A stretch of DNA of 63,075 nucleotides, counting the filler, from Lenisia limosa (taxonomy: Eukaryota; Protista; Breviatea), in NCBI GenBank assembly GCA_001655205.1. It is 8 parts of 8 records of this genome, joined end to end, with 100 filler letters (N's around TTAATTAATTAA, not from the genome) between each part and the next. Parts side by side here need not be neighbours in the genome. Positions count along the whole stretch, not along the records: positions 1 to 28,077 come from LPNZ01011521.1; 7 more parts are not named here. One strand, given 5' to 3'. The notes under the pieces are model-generated. The model was not told the DNA's origin and searched no databases. It worked only from the letters and a program-made list of their open reading frames with translations. The stretch's first letter is position 1; every line of letters starts with the position of its first letter. Shown here one piece after another: positions 12,201-24,800 of this stretch. A program made the translations under genes and the position numbers.

Positions 12201-15200
12201 AGCAAGTTTCTTCATGGATGACTGGGGTGGAGCCGGAAGCAGCCGTCTGTCGACCTTACCTGCAGAGTAAAACAAAAGCGATGATGGTATTGACAAAGAG
12301 AGGTGGCATACCTGAAGCGTGGAGTGGAGGGTTGCTGAGTTCAATAAAGACGGTGGGGATGGCGTAATGAGGGAGGGAAGCCTTGAGAATGTCTCTGATG
12401 GCGGAGCAACCACCATTTTCCTGGGGGGGGGGGGTAACACCAAAGNNNNNNNNNNNNNNNNNNNNNNNNNNNNNNNNNNNNNNNNNNNNNNNNNNNNNNN
12501 NNNNNNNNNNNNNNNNNNNNNTTGGTGAAACAATGATATTTATGTTGAAACTTGCCTATCTGTAACGAGGCTTACAGTGATTTCGTAGTTCTTGAGTCTC
12601 GTTTCTCCATCCTTGTCAGTGTCACGAATGAGGTAGGCAACCAGTCTAAAAGGGATATAAGACCCACAGCTGTACTCTAACATTTCCCACCCCAAATGCT
12701 CACCTTTTGTCCTCGCCCTCCTCGCCGTCCGTAACGACGATGCAAGACGCCAGAGCCACAACCTCGATAATGGCTGTCTCAACCGCACTGCACACAACAC
12801 TATAACCACGGATCTTGACCATGAAGGCACATCTAAGTTGTGAGGGACATATGGTTAGAAACAAGGCAAGAGACGCGCAGTTGACATATATATGGTTAGA
12901 AACAAGGCAAGAGACGCATAGTCACGGCGAACCTGCCGAGCACTTCAAGATTGCCATCAGGGAGGAATCGCGCTACATCTCCGGTTCCTAAGACCATTAA
13001 CACGGTTTTTTGACAATATACAATAAGCATTCCGCCTCCCCCCCACTATAGAGCTGCTGAGAGTTGACGACAGGGAAGCGCTCAGCAGTCATATCGGGCC
13101 TTCCAAGATAGCCACGTGCTAGGCAGGGCCCGGCAACATAGAGTTCACCAGCCTCACCATTCGGCACCTGCAATGAGTTAATGAAGCCCTTAATGCGACA
13201 CGACCGACCTCATTCATGTCTTCGTCAAATAGCAAGGTCTTGCAGAACGGCATTGGACGACCGACAGGACAAAACTTCGCACTATTGGCTCCGGTTCCCA
13301 GGAGGTCTGAGCAGCACACCTCGTGGCACTCGCTGATAGAGTAGAGGTTGATGGGACGGACCTGCGGAATTAACAGCAATAACGAAAAGTGCTGGAAGTT
13401 CTTGAAAATCAAAACACACATGACACAATACACACAGTGGTGAGTAATCTCTTTCACTGCAACGGACCGACCCCATTGGCAGACCTGAGGGAGGGCCTCA
13501 ATGAGACGACTTCTGAGCTTGGTAGTGACAACTTCGCCATTCTAACACGATAAGATCTATTAGAGAGGTCAGGTTTGTCCTGCAGCCCACCAAATAGACA
13601 GTCTTCATTTTAGTGAGCCTCGTTCTGATCTCCTCGGCTGTGACAGTGTTGAGAACAGTCTCGCAGAGGCTTGGAGTCATCAGAATCTGAGGCGGTCAGT
13701 CCAAAATACGCCATTACTCAAGTCGTGTCCGATCATCAATTATTCTCTTTCTTATACCTCAGTGGCCTCAGTGGCTTCGAGGAAGTCGATCAGGGCGGGA
13801 GCGTCGAAGATCACGTGATCCGGTACAACAATTGTGGTGGCACCGCGAAGGAGGGGTCTGAGAGTCACGGTGAAGAGACAAGACTGATTAACCCATTCGA
13901 GCACTCCCAAGTAAAGATCCTACCTGAAGCACTCCCAAACAAAGAAAACATTGCATGCCACGCGATCTAAGGCGGTGAGAACTCTGTAAAGAAGATAGGA
14001 TCTCTAAGGCGATGAAAACTCTGTAAAGAATATAAGATCTGTTGAATTAGGGACAAAAGAAAGCCAGCTACCCCGTCCCACCCCCAGGATGATATCCGGA
14101 CACAGTCATACGCCACAAGTAGGAAGTGACAGGCTAATTGGTAAGGATAGCAATAAAGCTGGAACAGATATCATGATTTGCATTTCCTCGTACGGCTCTA
14201 TGGGGGTTTTCGATACCCTTGGGCTGGTTAGTCGTGCCGCTGCTGTAGACGACAAAACAAAGTGAGTCGGCATGAGGCTCCTTTCCGGCCGGCAGAGATA
14301 CTTCTGTTTTGTGTCAGGGGGGGGGGGGGGNNNNNNNNNNNNNNNNNNNNNNNNNNNNNNNNNNNNNNNNNNNNNNNNNNNNNNNNNNNNNNNNNNNNNN
14401 NNNNNNNNNNNNNNNNNNNNNNNNNNNNNNGAGCCGATAAATCTCGATATTTAAAGCGAGCTTTCGGACCATAGGAAGTCCTCATGGATCCACATTCCAT
14501 ACCACGGGGAAGAATAGCGGAGGCTTCCCAGCCCTGGTCCATGTCCAAAATGGGAATGTCTGTTGCAGGGAGGCGAGCTGAAAACTGTGCTTTCGAAATG
14601 ATGTACTTCTGCGACAGAGTCAAAAAGAATCATTTGCTTTTATTATGTTGGAACAGCGCGCATGGCAAAGAATGACATTCCCAGTCAGCTTACGGGGTTG
14701 GAATCAGCAAGCACATTCTCAACAAGGACTAGAGGGTGAAATAGAGCGGCGAGTGACAGATGCAGATACATTGCAGAAGCTTACAAGGGGGGTAAGCCAG
14801 TTCGAGGGGGAGGAAGGCGCCTCCAGCCATCAATGCCCCCAGACAAGCAATGACATAATCTGAATATTAGGAGAATGTTGTATTGTATGTGGGTGGAGAA
14901 GGGGATGATATGGATGATTATTTTTCGCATGAATCAATAGGAGGAAGAGACCAAAATGCTGATGGTAAAAAAACAAAAGTCATATTTGTTATTTGTGATG
15001 TAAAGATAAACACAATTTCACCTGATCAACTTAAGAATTCCCCGAAAAGATCTCAGGGAGTCCCCAAGAGCCTACCAACGCATCTGTCCATGAAAATGGC
15101 CACAACTTCGTCACGGCAGACACCATTGGCTTTGAGGAGGTTGGCAATGAGCTTGGCTTGCTCACGAGCTTCGCGATATCTGAACAGAGGAATCAATTCA

Positions 15201-15421
15201 TCACGCTAACACCACCGGAATAAACGAAGATACCAATTTAATCTTCATAGTTTGAATAAAATTAACTTATAGCGGCTTAGAAAACAGCTCAGTTCCTACG
15301 TAATACTTCTCTCGCCGTCAGTAAGAGCGATCAAATCGGGTGTTTCTTGTGCTTGGCGTTCAAAAATCTCATGGAGGCACTGCTCTAGCTCAGCAGGAGA
15401 GTGAGTTTGCGCTGCTGACAT
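8021..15421 (-). CDS. ATRR: NRPS-like A-T-R-SDR multidomain reductase, ATRR (glycine betaine reductase) family; intron-rich
   Basis: Start MSAAQTHSP at 15421. A domain: [113 protein letters not shown] domain: [10 protein letters not shown]1: [21 protein letters not shown]2: [56 protein letters not shown] (stop TAG 8021-8023). These match the fungal ATRR sequence as I recall it. Confidence 0.92.
9360..11520 (-). other. ATRR thioester-reductase (R1, extended SDR) domain
   Basis: Rossmann TGATGYLG (~11480), catalytic YGQSK (~10615), [10 protein letters not shown]|[21 protein letters not shown]. Confidence 0.88.
9619..9737 (+). repeat. Dispersed repeat family B copy in an ATRR intron
   Basis: Same consensus as 269-413. 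Confidence 0.85.
11705..12020 (-). other. ATRR thiolation (T/PCP) domain; phosphopantetheinylated Ser codon at 11943-11941
   Basis: [43 protein letters not shown]|[12 protein letters not shown]. Confidence 0.9.
12240..15421 (-). other. ATRR adenylation (A) domain exons
   Basis: Core motifs A3 (~14230), A4 region (~13950), A6 (~13120), A7 YRTGD (~13040/12985), A8 (~12815) and A10 GKVD (~12255) read directly from the minus strand. Confidence 0.9.
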
Positions 15422-15897
15422 TTTGATAAACTAGAACAAATCTCAACCTCTACTCTAGTTCTACTGTACACAAAATCTACTGCTGATCTCTTGCCAATGC
15501 ATGTTTTCGCAAAATTCCGACGGCAGGGAACAATACTTACATTAGTTACACTGGTTACTAGTGATGCAGAACCTCATGCTTCCGCCTCCGCGATAATTGA
15601 AGAGAGGTTTGGGGGGAAAAAGAAAAGAAGAAAGAAAGGAAATAAATACTGAAAAAAACAGAAGAGGGTGATTTTTGAGTTCTGCAAGTTGGTCGTGAGC
15701 CTCATTGTTTTTTGCTCTGACCACTGACCACTAGCAAGCACCAAAGCAAAAAGTAATGATACCGAATCTTCGTGTCTTTGTTGTGTGATGATCCTTCGTT
15801 CGCATCGTTATATTATTGCAAATTATTGTTTTCTCATCAACACGATAGATTTGTTTGTCTGTGAGTATTGTTACTATTACCAGGTTTGAGGTTGGGC
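15422..15897. promoter_or_regulatory. Divergent intergenic region (putative bidirectional promoter) between ATRR and ABCA start codons
   Basis: 476 bp between oppositely oriented ATGs. It contains an apparent minus-strand 5'-UTR intron (GTAAGT at 15540 to TTCTAG at 15431), and the upstream exon has in-frame stops. Promoter function is inferred from position only. Confidence 0.45.
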
Positions 15898-18800
15898 ATG
15901 TGGCTGACAAAGTTTCTTTCACAGTGCGTTGCACTTGTGGCCAAGGATGTCATCTTGACAAGGAAGAAGTCCTTCATTACCCTGGTTTGTGATGGGAGCC
16001 CTTTCACATAGTTGTTGCGACAGTGTAATTCCAAACTGCCAAGTATATGATATATATAGATAGATAGATAGATATATTTTTGAAGTTAGGGGTGGTAAAT
16101 GGAGGGTATAGGTCACTCTGAACCAACCAGAGGCAAGTAAGACTTGGCACACTAGGAAGGAAAGGGTCATCCGTTCCTAACATTGTAGTTTGTTGTCATC
16201 CTTCCTGCCCTTTTCATTGTTGGACTGTTCTTCGGCAACAAAGCGGTCTGTCTGTGCTTGCATTACCATTTTTATTAATGCATATATATATATTTTTACA
16301 GTACGTGAGAGAAGTAATGGCACTAAGTAGNNNNNNNNNNNNNNNNNNNNNNNNNNNNNNNNNNNNNNNNNNNNNNNNNNNNNNNNNNNNNNNNNNTGAT
16401 AATGTCCTGGCGACGACGTGGCATGGAGTCGTTTAGGTCTTTAATTGCAGATGAAGGTGACCAAGCATCTTCCAATTTTTCCGTCATATCAGCTTCGGAG
16501 GTCGGTGTGACACCAGATTTGCCCAATTTTGTATCAAGTAGATATCATGCATACTCAATGTTCAAATCTGGACATTGTGGTGGCAACGATATAAAATACA
16601 CGGAACTTACTTTTATCCTGTTGAAACATTGATTTTTTAATTGGCACATGCTAATTTCAACTTTCATTAAACCCCATCTTTTTCATCTATTACGTCCCAA
16701 ATAGTTCATAAAATGTTCAAGATACAGTCTCAAAACACTTTCAGGACTTAGTATATCATATATAAATGCTCAGGAATATCAGGAAGTGTTTCGTAAAAAT
16801 AATAATATCGTTTAACGTACAGTTAGAAATTGTGGAAAATCATCAAATTTGGCCTTTTTTTTTTTGTTTTTTTAAGANNNNNNNNNNNNNNNNNNNNNNN
16901 NNNNNNNNNNNNNNNNNNNNNNNNNNNNNNNNNNNNNNNNNNNNNNNNNNNNNNNNNNCATTACTTATCTCTCGCACTGTATATTTAATATGATATAATA
17001 TATACTATATATATATATAATATATATGTCTATTGCAAGATTTCTTTGTGATCCATTGTCTTTCGTCTCTCATTCTTATTTTAGATTTACGAGAACGACA
17101 AAAACAAAGAGCTACACGGATTCAACCCTGAGAATCAAGTTGACGTTACCCCAGGTCTCACATGCTCTTGTTGGGATAACGGACCATCTCAAAAAGGTAG
17201 TTGGGATACCAGCTGGGCGGTTCTGATTATGTAATCTTCTGCTACATTACACCAATAGTCAGTAGTGAAGCTTTAAATTCACCCCGCTACAGCTGCGGAA
17301 GATTGTGACTGCGTACCCTTGTTCTACGCCCCAACAGGCCATGCGGATGTTGATGATATCATTACGGTTGGTACTGAGTACACTCTGTATTTTGAAAGAA
17401 CACCTAGCGATCATATGTGGAGATATATGCATGTATACATGTATAATACATATACTACTATATATAAATGATACAATATATGACTTATTACATAGAGTGA
17501 AAACACGACAGCTGAAAACCTTGCTGATTGACGATTTAGCGGCTGAAAGTGGTGGCTGACTTGGGCAGTAGCGATGTCCAGGGTTTTGCGACCATTGTTG
17601 AGGCCCAGAACAAGGTCTGGTGGTGTTGATATGTAAATTTCAGAATCCATTGCTACCATATCTTTGTTTGACACATATATCTAGTACGCCGAAGTTACGG
17701 GCAATGCTGGTTTCATTTTACACTTCCCTGACGCTGAAGCTAGTATGTTGGGATTTCTGTAATTTCTGTGATTTCTACAATGCGAAATCTTTTAACTTGG
17801 CAGACATGGGAACAGCATTCACAACTCTTGTCAGATATGAGCTTTATGGCGTGCCTTCCGAGAATTCATACCTCTCAAAATAGTAGGCTTTCAAATGATG
17901 AGCTTCAAACAAAAAATGCTTCCGCTCTTGCACCACTCATGCTGAATATTTGAGCTTTGCTTATAGCGGGAGTTATAGATTCTGATATCAGTAAAGTAAA
18001 AGTGCATTTATTCAATTGGTGTACTTGAAGTGACTTTGTAGTGGAAAAGACCCCCTCAGCGAGGAGCTTCAGTTTGAAACTTCAGTCAACATTGCCGCCC
18101 ATAGTGCAGTTCATATGGCTATTGACGGATGGAAGGTGGGGGCATTGATATTCACTACGGTCTCAAAAAAGACTGAATTTCCCAGGGAAGCCCTAGATAT
18201 GGCCATCGGGTTCAATGGTGCTGACAGTAACCATTCAGCTTGGAACGACCCCTGAGACAACAAGCATCGGCCTCAACCCGCTTCTTCCAGAACATCCTTA
18301 TCGAGGAGGTGGGCCATCATAATCAATTGCTGTGATGAACGATTGTTGCCATATTTCCCCCTTTACTGATTAGACCCTGAGTGGATCAATGAATATCGAT
18401 TCATTGGTGGAATGGGCGCCTTAATCATCACTGCCGGTTCTGCTGTGAGCGGAATGTCATTACTATTTTGTCCATTCATAGGGCTTCTTCTTGACCTTCA
18501 AGGGGCACTTTTTCTTCACGGCCCTGATGGTGATGGCGGAACGGGATGGAGGGCCAGCTTCGGCACTAGCCCGGCTCGGCACTTTGCCATCAGCCTTTTG
18601 GGTGTCCAAACTCGTGACGTCATCGATAATGGCACTCGTGGGCTAGTACATGGTCTTCTGTTCAACTTAAATATCGCCCACCTCATTGACCTTCAAGGTG
18701 TCCTCGATTTTCTGCTATCTATTTGGATGGATGACATCCATTCCGATCTTCAGCGAGACCGACGCAGCCATCCCCATCATGGTGCTAACGGCCTTCTTCG

Positions 18801-21800
18801 TCTCCTTCGCCGCTCTGGGAATGGCTGTGGTTGCACCCTTTAGGTCCGTGTTTATGTTCTAAAAAGACGATGGAATGGCAATATGTATGAACGACATTTT
18901 AGGTTCTATTGATAATCCGAAGTCACAATAAAATGAGCGCCTTCAACTCACCTATTCAGTCGGATGCGCTCTGCAACTGTTGCTACTGGCATTGTCATGA
19001 TCGTTATGCTTGTGCTAATGATTCCTGTTTGGGGTTTGTAGCTCTTTATGGATATCATATTGATTTCTTAATCTCAACCCTCCCCAGATTTTGGTACCCG
19101 ACATGTCTTCCAACCCAAAACAAAACTCAGACAAGTTTTGTGACTCCAAGCACGGCAGTTACTCTTTCGTCAAGTACTCAACTTTCCTGTTTCCTTCCCT
19201 TGCGTATGCTATTCGATATGGGGTTTCTTTGCCAATGCTTTCACTACCTTGCTTATTCTTTTAGTCTTCATAGAAGCTTCCGTGAGGTCCTAGTTTTCAC
19301 CACTGTTCAACCCGTTTTTGATGAGTCTTTCTCTCAAATTGAGTCCGAACGTGAGCAATGGAACACATTTCAAGAGCATGAGCCGATTCTGATGTCCTAG
19401 GGCCGGGTAGCTTTATGGAGATCAGTGACTTCCTTGATAACCCTCGGAACGTGTCGCAATGCTGCATAGAGGTGGCAGACCCCTCTGCTGTTGGCGGTAC
19501 CAAAGAGGAGGTGCTAGGGGTAATGGCATGGTACTGGGCCGACACTTGCTCATGTCAGTTTAGCGCTATGAATTTGACACTTCTTCTGGCGGACATTATC
19601 TGCTGCTGATGGTGACGGCGTCATTTTTCTACACGGGCGTTGCCTGGTACCTTGGCCAACTACCCAATGGTGAGCTTCATTACATTTGCCCAGAGTAGCT
19701 CTAAAATCTCTGACCTGCAGACCCGGATGGTCTCCCGGGGAAGCCATTTTGGTTCCCTGTTACCCGGGCGTACTGGCTGGGTCCGAAGAGAACGGTAGTA
19801 GTTGCCGGAGATACGCTTGCAATGCTGAAGTGGGTAGTTAAAGCTAGTGCTGTAGTTCAATGGAGCGTGCCATTTTAACAATGTAGAGAAAGGTCTGAAG
19901 ATGAACAAACAGTTATTGTCAACAAGGTCACAAAGTCCTATGCAGGAGCCATTGGGGTGAGTTAAAGTCTTCTAATTTCATTTCCTTCGGTTCTTCACAA
20001 AATAGTGTTCCGAGATCTCCTTGCAAATGTCTCCTGGAACAGTGACCTGTTTGGTTGGGCCCAATGGAGCCGGTTGGTGGGGTGGCGGATGGGCCCAATG
20101 GAGCCGGTTGGTGGGGTGGCGGATGCTACTGGGAATAACACTGCAGGAAAGTCAACGCTGATCAATCTCCTCTGTGGTAACATTGCCCCCACTCATGGAC
20201 ATGTATGTTGTCTTGCTCATTGTTTTCTCTCTCGTAATCTTTTGGCTCTATCTAATGTATCTCTAGGTATTTGTTGGTGGAAAGGACCCCGTTGCCGATT
20301 CGACTGAAATGCTGACTAATATGGGTATTTGCCCCCAAGTGGGTGGGGGTGATGGTTCTGTGCACAGAGTTGTAAGGCAAATGATTGGGTGAATTAATAT
20401 GATACCATAATCCAATATCTCCTTTTAGCGTGATGATGTGGACGGTTTCGGCCAGATACAACCTTGTTTTTTTATTTCTCATTACTACTTACTATATACT
20501 ATAACGTTTCAGTTTGATGCATTGTGGCCGTCTCTGACAGCAATGCAACACATGGTGCTCTACGGCAAGCTCAGAGGCGTGTCTAATCCCAAGGAGTCCG
20601 GATACGAACTGGTTGGTCGCCTTCTGTCCTGTCTCATGATATCAGCTGAGTGAAGTTGGCCTTGCGTCAGTCTGCAACCGACAGGCCGGCAAGATGTCTG
20701 GTGAGTGCCTTGTTCTGAGTGACTCAAATCGCAGGTGGCATGCAAAGAAGGCTCTCTGTAGCACTGTCGCTTGTTGGTGAGCCGTACATCATGCTCTTCG
20801 ACGAAGCGGCCAGGTATCCTCAAATTGACTCTTTGCTTTCTTTGCAAATAAGGACCAGTGTTATGGTTTACTGTAAGAAGTCGGATTTACGCTAGTAGTG
20901 GTCTGGACCCAAGGTCACGTCAGTGGGTTATCGACGTTGTTGCCGCACGCAAAGCACGAGGACATGTTGGCGGAGCAATGAGATACTGCCATGAGAAATC
21001 GGATATTGTTCTCTTTTGATAACATATTCAGATACCAGTATCATACCAATACTCCATATTTCACCCAATCGTTTCTCTTGAATCCCAAGACTTTCTGAAG
21101 TGCTTCGTAAAGCAAATTCGCTGATAGTTCAGGTTATTCTTTACTGTACGCACTTGATGGAAGAGGTCGAAATGTTGGCTGACGTTGTTGCAATGCTGCA
21201 GGTGAGCGTCACTTTCCAGTTATGGGCTATTGTGGATGTGAATGTAACCGGCACTGCAGAACGGACGGGTGCACGCCTACGACACCACGCTTGCCCTCAA
21301 GGCCCAACATGGTGGTCTGGTGTTCTTTTGCTTTGAGCTGCAAGATGGTCTAATAACCCAGGTGGTGGATATCAAGTCTCTCTCAACGTACCCAAAGAAA
21401 AGGTGGGGATTGATGCGGCCTATTTCCTTCACTACAGTGTATTGACTTGGAATTCTTACGAAAAAGTTGGAATTTCCGTTATTAAAATTTGAAGATATTT
21501 CTAGGATTTTCTAAATACTACACACGAGAATCCCAAGTCGATGCGCCATAATTCTGGACGAGAGGAACTGTCACAACCCCTGGCCCTCTCACTGTTCAGA
21601 TGACTTTTGTGAAGGACACTATCAGCAAAGCAATGTCGGCTGCAGTGGTTTTGGATGTAAGTAGTGCCCTAATTCTGGCCTCACCATGACGATATGACGG
21701 TTTAGAACACCGAAGGGTCCGTGATTCTGTCAGTGCCACGTACCTCTCTCACTGCTCTCCCCGCCCTTCTTGACGCACTAGAAGGAAACTACAAAGAATG

Positions 21801-24800
21801 GGTCTGTCCTAACAGTATTGAGTTTGCCTTACTCATTTAGGGGCTTTCCCCTCCAACGCTGCAAGAAGTGTTCCTTCGCCTTGCTGGGGTGGAACGCAAT
21901 GACGGGGAGGTGAGATCCTGCGGCGACATCAATATGGAAAATTTTCTCTTTTATATAATGTAATCGACCAGGACGCCTGTGTTATATGCAGAAGAAGCAA
22001 ACCTGAGCCTACCACACTCTACACTCAGTCTGGCATCCCAGTTCGAGTTGAAGGTTGGTCATCAGGCTTTTCAACCTGACGCCATAGGTGTTGTTTGTGG
22101 AAGCTGCGCCGGAAATGAGAAGTCCTGTCCACCCAGTGTTAGTATCTTATTCAATGCAAAGACAAACAGCCCTCAGGAGCAAGAAATGCAGGAGTTCAAA
22201 GTAAGCACCTGATTGGGCGGTACTCATATCATGCAGTCGGTAGCACTCTCTACCGCCGACTGTTCCCCCGAAGTGGTACTTGAACCCGTTAGCCAGCCCC
22301 AAACCATTCCCCCGCTCCAGGTCGACCAGGTCGGCTTGCAAGGCTTAAAAAATTTCACCGATGGCCCCGGGCCGATCATCATTTCTGTCACTTTTAGGAC
22401 GTTTCAGACTCGGGCTCGGAGCTGAATGCAAGACACAGCCTTTTACCTGGGGGTGGGAGGGGTCCTTTTCTAGGTGTTCTTTTGGGTTTATGTTTGACCC
22501 GAAGAAAGACGGGTCATACGAAGTGACATTTCAGCGGCTGATGAGTGGAGAAAACCGTCCTTCTTTTCGCACTTTGTCACTCTGGCCGCCCAGTCCTTCA
22601 CCATCAGGTACAAGAAAGAAATGATTTTACCCAGTCCTGATCAAGTACTAATTAGGGCTTCAGGTGGCGCTCGCGTAAGGGTCTCGGCCTGCAGCTTCTC
22701 GCCATCCCCGTTCTGATTATGCTGTACCTCTTCCTCAGCTACAATAGTCTCAAATTCGGTCCTGAAGAAGACGACAGAGCCTCTGATGGAGGGTATGGTT
22801 TCAAGCACTGAGCTTATGTAACCATGAACTTTCAGAAAGATGGTTGTTTCATCTTTTAGATGTGTCGGTCTTTCCTTATACGGGCCATTTGCTGGAGGCA
22901 AGAACGACGACTGTTCAGATCCATCCGTGAGGGTGGTTTATTTGAGTTAACCGTTCTACTGTGTCTTGAGTTGATTGTTTAGTTCTTCATTGAAGCGTTC
23001 CAAATGAGCTATCCATCATCGAGGTCAACTGACGATAGTGGAGTGGGGGAGGGGGGTAGCAAAGATACAGTATGATTACAATAAAAACAAACAGGTAACC
23101 TATTTTCACTGTTCAGAAAATGAGCCTGCAATACAGTGATGTTGATGGATCAAGTAGGCTTCTGAGTCTTGAGGTTTCTGATTTCTGGAATGTGGAGTAC
23201 CTTTCAATAATAATTTTTGTTGCTTACACCCAGATGATGTTGGAGTACTTGACTCGAAGTCCTCCTTGAAACTCTCAAATATTAGTAGGAAAAGCGAACC
23301 TTATTTATTTGCTCTGTACCTTGTTCATACGTTTTGTTCATACGTTTCAGCTTAGAAATACTACGACAGTTCCTCACCAATTTAGTCTCCACCATCAACC
23401 AGTACGAAACGATGGCGCAGGACGGCAATCGCACCTACTTCCCCCTGACGTTCACCTCTTATGGCGTGAGATTTTGGGGGCTCGATTGAAGCGACACAGT
23501 TTTAGTTACTTCTCACAATGTGTAGAATATTGCTGAGATATTTGCCAAAAATGAAGAGGGATCGAAGAGGGTGAAGCAACTTGTTGGGACGCCGCTAGTT
23601 GATTGGGAAGTTTGGGGGGATTTTTAAGGACGTGGTTACATTCTTTTACCTTCTTTCCAGCACGACTATAGGGGAACCAAAAATTGCTTTAGCCTTGGAA
23701 GCCAGACCGTCTGTGGCGACCAAATACAAGAATGGAGTAGAACGTGAGTTTCGTTTCAGGATGATCCTTATTATTAACCAGGCTGTACACGACCACAGCC
23801 ATCGACCTTCAGAACACCAAGACTGACGGCTCCGTCATTAACTTCGTTCTCTATGTGGGCATCGTTGTCATTACTATTGCTGCTCAACCAGTTGGTCCTT
23901 ATGGTGTAGTCACGGATGCTTGCGGACGTCTTTGGCAGCTACCCCATGAGTTCAACGTTAGTAGCGTAGTCCTACGATCAAGCCGAGTGTTTAGAGTCTG
24001 TTTTCTGATTCTGTAGAAGTCGCTTTGAAAATTGGCTCCCGTACATGTCCGAAGTGTTTGGTAGGTGCAATGCCAACTGATTTGACCCTTCAGCATGGCC
24101 CGTCAGACAAACGACTGCCGCTTCCTTCATCATTGATGCCTCACACAAAGCGATCCCGTTCAAAACCGTCAAAATTGTGGGTGCCTTCTGTTATAGTCTT
24201 GTTTCGTGAAAGTGACTTTTCGTATATCTGCTGATAATATTATGAGTCTGTGATAGGCTTTGCGTTGTACAGTATAATGCGTCAGGCTGCTGAAGGAGAT
24301 GAACCCGAAGAAACCAGCCAAAAACGTGACACTGTTTTATGTGGGGAGGCGGCGGTACATAGTATTACTGAATACGACAACATTAACATTTTCCAGTCTT
24401 TGTGTTGGTGCTTTTGGCTCTTTCAGTGCCTTCAAGTGCTTCCACTATTGCCGCTGAGGTCAAAGCAGGTTGGTGCTGGCACACTCACTACTCCCATGTA
24501 TTATTTAGAGCAAATCGGGGATCTATTGAGGATTGGGTTGCTTGAGGGAGTATCACGATCATTGATGATAACCGCCAGGTATCCCTGCCCTCCTTGAAGT
24601 CCATGATGTCTCGGTTTTGGCGCGCTCTATGTCACATCTCTTCATCAACTTCCTGTTCTGCTGCTTTTCAGCCTCCTTGGCTTGGAGTGGGTTTATGGAC
24701 ACAAATGAAGATGAGAGGTGGCAATATGTTAGATGGGTTAAAGTTTGAAAATAATGAAGAAGGGGGGTAGATTTGACATTTTTGGCATTTGAAAAACATG

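Noticed and set aside
15542-16526. Separate minus-strand gene between ATRR and ABCA (ORFs 15542-15724, 15837-16034, 16323-16526)
   Set aside because: The plus strand here encodes a convincing ABCA N-terminus and TM1; the minus ORFs are shadows.
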